64,000 nucleotides of DNA from Glaucostegus cemiculus (Eukaryota): assembly GCA_976551045.1 (NCBI GenBank), contig CDPCPM010000239.1, positions 3,844,001 through 3,908,000 on the forward strand, read 5' to 3'. This document shows positions 49,169 to 60,905 of the stretch, one piece after another. The notes beneath the pieces are model-generated. The model made no database searches and was not told where the DNA came from. It worked only from the letters and a program-made list of their open reading frames with translations. The position numbers and the translations under genes are program-made. Every line of letters starts with the position of its first letter. The stretch's first letter is position 1.

Positions 49169-52100
49169 CTAGGAAAGAAATGAAGTGATACATTTGTGTT
49201 GTCTCATCAACTCGGCATGAATGAAAGATCAACTGAGTAATGGCGCAACAGTAAACCAAATTCAGGTACAATTTGATATCAGAGGCCAAGTAATTATGAT
49301 GTAAAAAGACTTAACACAGAAATCATAAGTTAACCGTGAGCAATTGAATTCAATGAATTTGAAATTAAAAATTTGTGAAAGCTATTGTAGTTATTGTAAA
49401 ATACAATGAAACCATTAGCATTCTTCAGATAACTTCCACTGTTATAAGACTATCCTGCTGTTATAAGACTCTTGAATGGACCTCATGCAACAAAGATGAC
49501 CTCTTGATCTCTCAACCTATCTCGTCATGGCCCTTGCACTTAGTTTCTCTATCTGCAATGCACTTTTTCTGTAACTGTAAAACTATATTCTGCATTATGT
49601 TTTTTTTTTCCTTTTGTACTACCTCAATGTACTTATATATGGAATGATCTGCCTGGATGGCATGCAAACAAAAGCTTTTCACTGCATCTTGGTGCATGTG
49701 ACAATAATCAACCTGTTACCAATTACCGATTCTAACTTCCATTGTGTATAGAATGTGGTTGACATACAGGCATTGGATTGCAGGAGAGTTTAAGGGAAAC
49801 AAGTTGTCCCTACAAAGTAGATCTGATGACTGAAAAGAAATGATAGACCTGGGGCCACTGCTTTGTGTGTTCTTGCCAGTTGTGATAATGACAGATTGAG
49901 CCCCAACCTGTAAATAAAACCATCTTCTCAGCACCCATATATCATGACCTTTCTCTGTTTTTACATATGGCCATTCTTTGCATTGGAAATGGAAATTTTT
50001 GGATTAAAAATTTGGTAATACCTTGTATTTTACTCATTTGGGTATTTGTGGAACAATGGGAAATATATGATACAGTTTTGCATTTTCCATAAATGATCCT
50101 CCTTTGTGAGATTTCAGTACATGGCAGGCCGTCAGAATTAGTGCGCAGTGTGGCAATAAATAATACAAAAGTGAGGTTCTTTGGCTGGTGGAAGATTGAT
50201 GCAGCCAATGATTGCTGCCAGATTTGTCATTTAGAAGGTGTGCTGCAGTCAATGGAAAAAGAAAGCCGCCTGGAACATACTACATTATCCTTTACAGGAT
50301 TCAACCACTGAAAACAGCCGAACCAGCTCTTCAGCAGGTCAATCAACAATTGAAAAAAGATAGATGAGTTAATGATTTAGATTCTGTCCAACATTTTGTT
50401 ATAAGGAAGAATCAAGTGAAGGATACACTGATACATCAATCTCCCTGTTTCGTTCTCCATTGATCTTGCTGGTCATGGCGTGCATTAACTCCAGCCTCCC
50501 AGATAATCTTGACCCACTGCAATTCTCCTACCATGAAACAGGTCTACAGTGGACGCCATCTCCCTGGTCCCACACTCATCTCTGGAGCATCTGGACAGTA
50601 AAGACTCCTACATTAGACTATTGTTTATTGACTACAGCTCTTCCTTCAATGCTATAATTCCAAGTAAACTCATCTCCAAACTCTGAGACCTGGGACTCAA
50701 CACCTCCCTTTACAACTGGATCCTTGACTTCCCGACCAACAGACTACAATCAGTGAGGATAGGCAGCAACACCTCGGGCATGATTATCCTCAACACTGGT
50801 GCCTCACAAGGCTGCAAGGCTGTGTCCTCAGCCCCCTACTCTAGTCTCTATACGGTCATGACTGTGTGGCCCGATTCTGCTCTAACTCCATCTATAAGTT
50901 TTTAGATGATACTACTATAGTGAGCCATCACTCAAATAACCATGAGTCCAAGTACAGAAAAGAAATAGAGAGCCTAATGACATGATGTCATGACAACAAC
51001 CTTTCCCTCAATGTCAGCAAAACAAAAGAACTGGTCAGTGACTTCAGGAAGAAGGGCGGTGTACATGCACCTGTCTACATCAACGCTGCTGAGATTGAGA
51101 GGGTTGAGAGCTTCGGGTTCCTGGAAGTGAACATCACCAATAGCCTGTCCTGGTCCAACCACATAGACGTCATGGCCAAGAACTTCATCAGCACTTTTAC
51201 TTCCTCAGAAGACTAAAGAAATTTGGCATGTTCCCTTTGACCCTCACCAATTTTTATCAATGCAGCATAGAAAGCAACCTATCCGAATGCATCACGGCTT
51301 GGTACAGCAACTGCTCTGCCCATGACCACAAGAAACTTCAGAGAGTTGTGGACACAGCTCAGCACATCACGGAAACCAACCTCCTCTCCATGGACTCTGT
51401 CTATACTTCTCGCTGCCTCTGTAAAGCAGCCAGCATTATCAAAGACCCTTCCACCCGAGACATTCTCTCTTCTTCCCTCTCCCATCAGGCAGAAGATACG
51501 AAAGCCTTAAACCATGTACCACCAGGCTCAAGGACAGCTGTTATAAGACTATTGAATGGTTCCCTAATTCAATACTTTTGACCTTACAATCTACCTTGTT
51601 ATGACCTTGCACCTTAGTGTCTGCCTGCACTGCACTTTCTCTATAGTTGTTACACTTTATTCTGCATTCTGTATTGTTTTACCTTGTACTTTTTCAATGC
51701 ACTGTGTAATGAATTGATCTGTATGAGTGGTAATCAAGATGAGTTTTTCACTGTACCTCGGTACAAGTGACAATAATAAACCGATTTACCAATTTACTTC
51801 TAGATTTGTGTTTTTTATTCACTACTTCCCTCTATCATTGGCTCATTGGTTGAGTTTTCACTATCACATTAGCACTCATTCTGTAAAAGCTATCATTCCT
51901 AGTGGGGAGAAATGCAGTCAAGAAACTTTATTATTCATAACTGGTACATTATCAGCAACAATTCCAAACTGAAGCCACCATTAATTTCAACAAAAGATAT
52001 TAAACTCTAACATTTGATGAGACTTCAAGGTAATGGAAGACCAGCCTTGGTCCTCTACAACTAACCACTGCTGAGATTAGTTTTCCACATCTATTTCCTC

Positions 52101-55100
52101 TTCCATCGCCACAACCTCCTATTTTTGTATTTCATCGACCCTGGCCTCCTGTACATCCTCAGTCTTCATAACTTGTCAATGGATGCTTAAGCTTTTGAGC
52201 TGACTCGGTCCTAAATTATAGAACTATAAATTTCTCTGCCTCCCTGTTCTCTCTTTAACATGATCCTCAAATCCAAGCTTTTGGTCTTCTGCACCAATAT
52301 CACCTCTTGTGGCTCCTTGAACTGTTTCGTTTGATAACATCCCCAGGAGGCACTTGAGGGAGAATCATTAAAGGTGCAATATAACAACAATGAATCAGTA
52401 ATGTGCTGTGTGTCTGCTGAGTTTAGACAGAAAGTCACGGCCTCATATAGCACATAGATAGGCCGTTTGGCCCACCATGGCCACGCAGACCATCAAGTAC
52501 ATGCTGTATCTCTACTATCCCATTTACCAGCACTTGGTCTACAGCCTGCTATGCCTTGGCAATTCAAGTGCACATCCAGATGTTTCTTAAGTATACCTGG
52601 CTCTTCCACCTTCTCAGGCAGTGGGCTCAGATTGCAGCCATGCTTTGGGTGGATGAAAAAAATTCTTCCCTATATCCCTTCTAAAGCATTTTGCTCCTCA
52701 AAACTATGCCTTCAGGTCTTAGACACCTCAGTTATGGGGAAGATTTTCTTATTAGGCTCCCCATGTGTGGCATTATTTTACAAGTCTCAACCAATTTAAG
52801 TCTTAGAAGTATTAGCTTTTTGAAGAGCTGGACATGCTTGGATTTCGTATATTTGTGCAACACTTCCAGTTGGTTGCTAAAGAGATCTTCAGAGTTGGAA
52901 GACAAGGATTGTCCCATCCCTCATCGTCCATTTCTGTGCTATTGACACTGCCTTATACTCACAGTCCTCCACTATTATAGTAAAAAAAGATATCCCAAAA
53001 AGAGCAGGATAGGAAAGCTAAATCAGCAATAATATTTCTTTATACTTATTTTGAAATGGTGGACTGATGAAATCATTTATCTAATTGTCTCACCATTGAA
53101 CCTGACTGATACTGAACTGAGTCATACACATTAGGAAGTCTGCCCGTCAATCTTTATTAAGCTAATTTATCTCTGCTGGTTCAGCATAATTGATCTCAGC
53201 CCCTCTGTGCTTGGGAGAGAAAGATCATCCAATTCCAGGTCCTAATTATTCTCCAGTGATGTGTATGTATGTGTTTGTCTGCATTGATGAGAAGATGATT
53301 AGATGTGGCTGTGACAGGCCTCCCTGGTGAAATAATTTGCCAGCAGTCACCATTGCAATCTATGCATGAAAAGCCATGCTACTTCAGTCTTAACAAGCAA
53401 CTATAGCCCACATGTTTCAGTGTGAAATCTGCATTTGTTAATCAATTGAAATGCCCATTGTACAGTGAGAAATACTATAAAGGTCTCCACTTCTCATATA
53501 ACACAATATTTTACCTGCAAAGAAAGTGAGGACCACAGCCACCCATCCAATGATATAGGACCAGGAGAAGCGCCAATTGCCATAACGCTTACCATAATAG
53601 TTTACCGTGACAGCTGTGTAAATGGCCATGGCTAGCAACACGAATAAACCTGCAAAATTAAAAGTGCATAATTATGGTCATAAAAGTTAAGACTTTTCAG
53701 AAAAAGACTGTCCGTGGTGTAATGGTTGAAATCAATACTTACATGAAATAAAGTACAAGATGCCTGCCGCAAAAGTTCTATCAAATTTGGTGAAGGAAGA
53801 GTATTGCATGAATGCCAAGAAGCCAATAATGATGCCGATGAAGCATGCCAGTAAGGAGAGGATCATGAATACTCTGGTGGCATCCCAGTAGGCTAGGATA
53901 ACAAGAGAAATGAATTATCATTATATGTCAGCAAAAAGACAATTTAATTTCTACTGTAACTAATAAGGAAAGAGAATAAAGGACAAATGAGAAATAAAGC
54001 ATTTTGGCTTCAAATAAATCCCGTTGTCTCCTCTTTCCTCACCCAGTGTTATGTGAGATCATGACCTTTGCTGTTCAGAGTGGAAAACTTATTATGTGGA
54101 TACTATTGTGTGCCTCTCGCAGGATAGACACTAAGAACAAGGCATCCCTGTTAATGCCTGTGCTTCAATTTGTTGCATTTATGTTGATGGAAATTTAAGA
54201 GTCCTTGACTGCACCAACAACCATTGCAGAGAAAGTGACTGTCTAATCTAGGCTGTAAGCATAACACAGTGAGGATTTACAAGTGATTTATTTATCAGGA
54301 ATGTCATTAATGTGGGAAATACAAGGTTACTAATTCATTAATGTATGCTTTTATAATAAGCAGAATATAGTAATATAAGGTAAATTGCTTATTTGCTAAA
54401 CAAATATTTGCTGTATACACAGTAAATATAACATGACTTTGTGTTCTTAAAACAATCAACATTAGAGATTTTTTTTCATTTCTTCATATTTACTTTATGA
54501 CAGAGAAGGTCATTTAGCCCATCAAGTCTACACTAACACTCAGAGCATTCCCATGGATTCCAAGCCCCCACTATAAGCTGTTCTCTGACACATGTCCACT
54601 AACCTTTGATTCTCCTACCGCACATCTGCACCAGGGATAATTTAGAGTTGCAAATTAGTCCAACAGTCAGCAAGCCTTTGGGGTGTGGGAGGAAACCTGC
54701 AAACCCTGAGAAACCCATGTGGTCACAGAGAGAATGTTCAACTTCCATACAGGTGGCACCCCAGGGGAGTTACTTCATTCCATTGAAATAATACATGCTT
54801 AAACATTGAAGCATTTCACAGAAAATATACTTTTTGATTTAGAGAATTGTTCAAAGTTTGAATCCAAAAGGCAGACTGTTAATTAGTGAAGACTGCACAG
54901 AGATTGCAAATAATATGTCCTCAGACTGACTAATAAGAAATGTAGGAAGTGTTGATCGAGGCAATATTATCCGAACATGAAAGGAAGGATATTATTTTGG
55001 GTGGTACTAATTTCAAATGAGGAGACAACTCAAGATATTACCTGGAATACTCTGGCTATAACTTCACTTTATTTCCATGTAAATATTTTCATAGAGAATA

Positions 55101-55670
55101 AAATCACAATCACTTGCACATTGAATTATTTATTTTGCCAATTAATCTTTCAGGGTATTTGCTCATGAGATGGATCTGCTTAGAAAGTTCTGCCTTCTCC
55201 TTGTCCAGTTTATGTTTCTGCAGTCGCCAGATACCCTTCCCACTTTCTCCTTCCCCCCATCTCTCGATGCTTGTTGATATAGTTTTCAGTTCTCTGCATA
55301 TTATTGAGTGCAGTCTATCATCTGAATTACTGCCTTATCTGTGATCAGCTCACTCAGCAGAACTCAGGAACTGAATCAAGCTATGATTCTGGCTTTGGCC
55401 TTAACATCCGGCCTATTGGCAAATCACTGTTAGGACATATTAAACCATTCAGTTTTATTATGAACTGCACCAATAGCTTCATTTGATCTCCTTACCGACA
55501 CTGTCAGTGTGCAGATAGCATTTTCCTGGCACACAATATCTCCACAGACCCTGATGCATAAAACTGCCAGAACGGCGATACTGAATCCAGTAGTCTGTTG
55601 CCGTGGAAACTACAAGCAAGATGTTGCCTACACCAGCACAGAACAAACCTCCTCCCATAAAACTGTACAT
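49107..55670 (-). CDS. LIM2: Lens intrinsic membrane protein 2-like (MP20/MP19; PMP22/EMP/claudin family), complete: complement(join(49107..49168,53515..53649,53743..53892,55496..55670)), 173 aa
   Basis: [32 protein letters not shown]...[20 protein letters not shown]|[13 protein letters not shown]...[10 protein letters not shown]|[45 protein letters not shown]|[20 protein letters not shown]. Exons 175+150+135+62=522 nt, all GT-AG. It may be a paralogue rather than the orthologue of human LIM2. Confidence 0.95.
49430..49735 (+). mobile_element. Rex1/Babar 3' UTR fragment in the last LIM2-like intron
   Basis: ctgttataagactcttgaatggacc...gcatgtgacaataat...accaattaccg. Confidence 0.8.
50468..51797 (+). 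mobile_element. Rex1/Babar LINE, about 1.3 kb, decayed RT C-terminal half plus 3' UTR
   Basis: [10 protein letters not shown]; caaggctgtgtcctcagccccctact (QGCVLSPLL); tttagatgatactact (xDDTT); [11 protein letters not shown]...AWYSNCSA; frameshifted; tail aataataaaccgatttaccaattt. Confidence 0.9.
52150..52390 (+). mobile_element. L2-like LINE 3' end
   Basis: ctctttaacatgatcctcaaatccaagcttttgg...gaggcacttgagggagaatcattaaaggtgcaatataac. Confidence 0.4.
52425..52790 (-). mobile_element. CR1 3' fragment
   Basis: atatagcacatagataggccgtttggcccaccatgg...cccatttaccagcacttggtctacagcc...ggatgaaaaaaattc. Confidence 0.7.
53515..53649 (-). CDS. LIM2: LIM2-like third coding exon (135 bp)
   Basis: Acceptor ttttgcag|GT TTA TTC GTG; donor CAG|gtaaaa; follows a 93-bp intron. 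Confidence 0.95.
53743..53892 (-). CDS. LIM2: LIM2-like second coding exon (150 bp)
   Basis: Acceptor gttatcctag|CC TAC TGG GAT GCC; donor CAT|gtaagt; not in the ORF track in this frame. Confidence 0.94.
54495..54770 (-). mobile_element. V-SINE (HE1-like) copy
   Basis: ctttggggtgtgggaggaaacctgcaaaccctgagaaacccatgtggtcacagagagaatgttcaacttccatacag is the reversed V-SINE core. Confidence 0.75.
55496..55670 (-). CDS. LIM2: LIM2-like first coding exon (exon begins at 55687 with 5' UTR)
   Basis: Acceptor ttccttctgcag|atagtatctccaagaagATG; donor TCG|gtaagg. Confidence 0.95.
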
Positions 55671-55913
55671 CTTCTTGGAGATACTATCTGCAGAAGGAAA
55701 CACATCAAAAAGTTCAAATTATTATTCTCTTTAGATAGTTTGAGCTCCTAAACTCATCAATAAATCAACATCTATTTGTAAAACAGGATGGTCAGTGCAA
55801 TGATGTATTAAAAATTTAGCTGTTCTAGATCGTAGGAAATACTTTCTTTATTTCTTCATTTCCTGACTGTTTAACTGTTAACATGAGGTATTTTTTCTGT
55901 GACTTTCCAAGTA

Positions 55914-56460
55914 CATAGAGTCATGGAGTCATAGAGTAATACAGCATGGAAGTGGCCCTTCGGCCCAACTGGTTCATGCCAGCCAAGCTTCCCACCTAAT
56001 CTAGTCCCATTTGCCCACATTTGGCCCATATCCCTCTAAACCTTTCCCATCCATGTACCTGTCCAAGTACCTTTTAAATATTGTTAATGTACCTGCCTCA
56101 ACCACTTCCTTTAGCCACTCATTCCATATACTGGGCACATTCTGGGTGAAAAAATTGCCTCTCAGTTTCCTATTAAATCTCTCCCCTCACCATAAACCTA
56201 TGCTCTCTAGTTATTGATTCCCCCAACCCTGGGAAAAAGACTGCGCATTGCCCCTCCTGGTTTCATACACCTCTGTAAGATCATCCCTCATCCTCCTATA
56301 ATCCGATGGTAGAAGTCCCAACCTACTCAATACCTTTCCATAACTCAATCCCTTGATTCCTGACAACATCCTCATCAGTGTCCTTTGCACTCTTTCCAGC
56401 TTATCGGCATTTTTCCTATAGCAGGGTGAGAGCGAAACTGAGCAATATATTCCAAATTAG
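55914..56460 (-). mobile_element. CR1 3' fragment
   Basis: catagagtcatggagtcatagag tail; ggcccttcggcccaac; gtccagc-type ORF2 end with ...cctttgcactctttccagcttatcggcattttcctatagc. Confidence 0.75.
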
Positions 56461-59116
56461 CCTTAAAATACCCGGTGCCATTCCTTATTATGGTGGTGGC
56501 AGAAATCTTGCCCTGGAGATGTTGGATAATTCCCTTGGCTGGGATGGACCCATCATGTCCACAACTGTACTTCAGATCAACTCTTCCTGAACCACCTGCT
56601 GGAATGTAGGAGTATATCCATGCTCCGTTGGCAGATGGGTGACCATGGAATGGATTGAGGGAAACCACCTATTTCACATCTTTTACTCAATTGCCTTTTC
56701 TTACCTTTCTTGGGGAAACCCCATGAGATTTCAGCTGAAGAACCTCAGGGGACTGAGGGGAATAAAGGATATTGCTACTCAGGTAATCTCAAAGGTCCTT
56801 TCCAACAGAAATTGAATGGAATTTCAAAGTGTAAGAGTTCAGATTGTTGAGATCATATATAATGATCATGCAGTCTCTTTGGTAAATATATTCAATTAAT
56901 TTTGCTTTCCTTAATCTTTACGCAAAGCTCTATAATTTCTCTCCTGTAAGATAGTTATCCAATTCTCTGCCTTTGTTCCCACCATCCTTTCAGGCAGTGC
57001 ATTCCAGATCATAACAATTTAGTGTGTCAGATAAAATACCATTGTGTTCCTTCCAGTTCATTTGAAAATCAACTCAGTTGGTTGACTTCCCTGGGTACTG
57101 ACTTTGACCAGCAGAAACACTTACTTCTTATTCATTAAAATTGTTTAGGTGTTTGAACATCTCTATCAGGCTTCCTCTCAGCTACATCTTTCAGGAAAAC
57201 AACACACCTTCTCCATTTTTCTGGTGCCTCATCACTGCTCCCTTCTAGTAAATCCCTTGTGCACACTCCTTTTGGTGTTTAGGTCATCACAAATGCTGTA
57301 TATCTTTATCTATTGCACTCCTTTCTATCCTCAGCTTGGTTCCCTACCACATCATGAACTTTAAAATTGTCATAGGCTTCCTTTTTCTGCTTCACTTTAA
57401 TGCTTTAGTCATCCAAGAACTCTAGTTTTGTAGTCACTTCCTTACCACCTCACAGGAAGGATGTCCATTTCCTGCTCAAACACCTGCTCTAAAGTCCTGC
57501 ATTGTTCAATTACTATTTTGTCTAGCCACCTTTGACTCCAGTCCATCTAGCCACATCTTTTAACTTCTCTCACAAGTGATAATATCATATCTTTCCTTTA
57601 ACTGTTCCAAATGTGCTCAGATGCTCTCCTATGTCTGACTTGTCCCCATATAGACAATACATGTAAATATTTTTCCCATTATAATAATGTAATTTTGTTT
57701 TGTCCAGTAGATAAGAGATCAACAGAAATACATTGATATCATTTAAAAACCTAACAATACAATATATTCTTGAGGACATCTTCTAGAATGCACAGAATAA
57801 ATTCAAAACTTTGCAACAAATGAATAGCTTCAAGAAAAGAAATTTCTGAGTCATCCAATGTATTAAACATCCCATCAATATGATTTTGACTTTTACTTAT
57901 TTGCATCTGACTGATTTCCAAAGATTAATAAATGCCTATGTAGTGCATATCTGTTTAAAAATTGTATTTTAAGTAAACTTTTCATAAATATTTCACATAA
58001 AATATTGCAGGAAGATTTCCTCTGCATGTTATGTGTGAATGTGATTCTATTTATAAGGTTTACAAGTTTGCCATAAAGTCCATTAAAAATGCCTCTTCTA
58101 AATTGTCACAAAAATTGTTTCAATGTCATGAACAACAGATATATCATACAGATTTGAAACAATATTCTGCTCTTCAAAGAGAAGCTACAAACAATATACT
58201 CGTATATTCACGATAATGGGGAAGACACACTCCGCAGGAGAATTAATGATAGACATAATAATCTGAGGAAGACAGTATTTGAAAATCTGATGTGAAACAT
58301 AAATAAACAGTGATATCAAAGTAATATCATTCCAACAATTTAAAATAATACAATAATTATGGATCAAGTAGATTGAACACTTTCTAGGTATTAATTAAAA
58401 TAGAATCACTCCCTTACATCCCTTATTTCTCCATGTTATAGAACACATTTGCTAAAATATAATAGCAAATACTCTTTATTAATGTTTAATGTTTTTCAAA
58501 ATATTGTGCAATATATGTTTCAACCACAGGACAGTTAATAGCTGAAAGTTTTTGTCTATGCAAGTTTCAAAGTCCAGACATTAGAACAATTTACAAATCA
58601 ATCTTCATTAAGCAGATGATAACTTGATTGCAGACTGAGGATTACATGAGGCCAGTGTGCTAACTGACCTCCTTCTCTGCTGTAGTAATTGCCTGACTAT
58701 AAATAACATCTTGTAACATTGCATACGGAACAGGACGGATTCCAGAGAGAATCTTAAGTAAATGTAAGAATCTCCTTTTCTTAAATAGTTATTTTTGGCA
58801 GTGCTACACTTGTGGATTTAGTGATATTGTTCACACAAACTTACTCCGAAACTATAGTTAATGGGACTTGCAGTAATAACACCCCGTGCTACATATATCC
58901 TACCCCAATGTTACATCTGAGTTTTCCTGGTGGTTCTGGATATGATTAACAGAGCCAAGGCTCTATTTAAAGTGAAATGATATATCCAGATTTTTAAAAA
59001 ATTCCTTGCCATTCAAATGAACTTCAGAGTATGGGAAAAATTAAAATGTGACATTATAAATTTATATTTAAAAACCACATGTCTACGTAAGTGGGAAATG
59101 CATGAAAAGCTCCTAC

Positions 59117-59241
59117 CTGTAGTTCTGCCACTTGTGTTGATCCAGTCTTTGATACAGTTCTGCAGTCACACAGCCAGTTACCACCAACCCAGAGCAGGTG
59201 GATTTGTGGAGTTAGTCCTCAGCAGAACTATGTCAGTGGAG
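59117..59241 (-). other. Candidate non-coding 5' exon of the LIM2-like gene
   Basis: The acceptor at 55688 requires an upstream exon. There is a good donor CAG|gtagga at 59117/59116; the 5' limit is uncertain (TSS, or the tttcctag acceptor at 59242). Confidence 0.4.
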
Positions 59242-60182
59242 CTAGGAAAATAAACATAGAGAAATGCATCACATGAAACAATTGTGCTCACTACAATAAG
59301 CTACATCAAACAGACGATTAGCTAGAGCCGAGTTTGTAAAGACAGGAATTTGCTGAATATACACTGACATTGAGTATCTGAGTCGCATGCAGTAAAGAAA
59401 TAGATGATGGGTGCAATTTTTGCATTCAAACTAGATCATTGTCCAATTGTAGATACAATTGAATATATGCTTTGGAAATAATGCTTGTGATACCATTTTA
59501 TAATATCATGCAAACCCATTGCGATCAATAATTAGCTTTCTGGTCTGAATCTGAGAAATGCTGCTCACCATTGACTTTGTAGAAGCCCCTCCACAAGGAC
59601 CAACTAAGGCCTTGGCAGAGATTCTCTCTTTCCCACTTTTGGGAATCTGTGCCAACCAGCAACAGTGATGCCATCAAGAAGGCTGAGCAGCTAATTAGAT
59701 TGAAGGATTTTCATGACCTGCAAGCCAGGAAGTAAAAAAAAACGTGAATTTTATTTAACTATTTAAACATTTTACATAAAAGGCAATACATATTGAAACA
59801 TTTACTGGCACTTAAGGTAAGTATGGAAATAAACATATTATTTTTTTGTTATTTTTAAAATAGAATGTAAAAGTATTAACTGCACCAATCCTGCTCCTTT
59901 CAAAAGTATTGTTTAGAACCTGATACAACACAAATATAAATATCTCTTTAATCTGTTCCTGAATCAATATGGGAAGGAATGACAATATTTTTCCCCAGGC
60001 AAACTTTATTTATTTCTAACATGTGCCAGGGAATAGAGTGAATTGTAGTAGAGACTATGGGAGAAAAGGACTGTGAGAGAGAGAGAGAGAGGGAGGAGAT
60101 GTTCTGCTTGGCTGGAGGAACAGGAAAGAGATCCTCCTTTGTGAAAGATGAGTAAGTGAGTAATCCTGTTCGATGGGAATGA

Positions 60183-60415
60183 AGTCAGAGTCAAAGTCAA
60201 AGTTGAGTTTATTGTCATGTGTACAAGTACATGTATGCACAGGTGCAACTAAAAACTTACTTGCAGCAGCATCACCGGCACATCAAATAAGCAGCATTCA
60301 CAAAAACACATAAACTAAACATAAATTATACACAATTTTACAAGAAAGAACACATTTAGGACAAAGTCCATTTTAGTGCAAAGTGGTCATAGTGTTATTA
60401 AACTGTAGTGATAAA
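60183..60415 (-). mobile_element. Rex1/Babar-like 3' tail fragment
   Basis: agtcagagtcaaagtcaaagttgagtttattgtcatgtgtacaagtacatgtatgcacaggtgcaa. Confidence 0.65.
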
Positions 60416-60544
60416 GGCAGAAAGATATCTCAGTTTTGTTAGTGAACATTTTCTGAGATCTTTGTTGGCATAGTTGAGGAATCGATGAATTACTAGCTGT
60501 GTTCAATTTGGTATTTCTAACAAATACAGGAAAAAAAGACATAC

Positions 60545-60905
60545 ATATTTTTATTAAATGCCCCTCAAGATTTCAGGGGATCAACAATTTAGCTTTGAAA
60601 TGTTGTCATGATTGTTATGAATGAAATATGATGACAGTTTGTGAACATCAAGCCCTCAATTTTGATTATGACAAGATAATCAGTAATGTTAGTCGAATAA
60701 ATAGAGGCTAGGTTGCTGAGGGAGCCTGTGTGCTTTTTCAAAATGACACCAGGGTATCTTTTAAGTTCCCCTGAAAGTGAAAGCAGGATCTCATTGTACA
60801 TCACATCAGAAAACAGAATAGTTGACAGTTTTAGCAAGCACCCTCTTGGTGTTGCAATACAGTGCCAAGTCCACAACTTTCTGGCTCAGATATGAGTGCT
60901 CACAC
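60545..60905 (-). mobile_element. DeuSINE-like copy
   Basis: aatttgattatgacaagataatcag...aatgacaccagggtatcttttaagttcccctga...tcacatcagaaaacag...acaacttctggctcaga, reverse of the 11322-11710 family. Confidence 0.55.

Noticed and set aside
53095-53400. Possible ancient SINE-like segment in a LIM2-like intron
   Set aside because: Too decayed to assign a family without a profile search.
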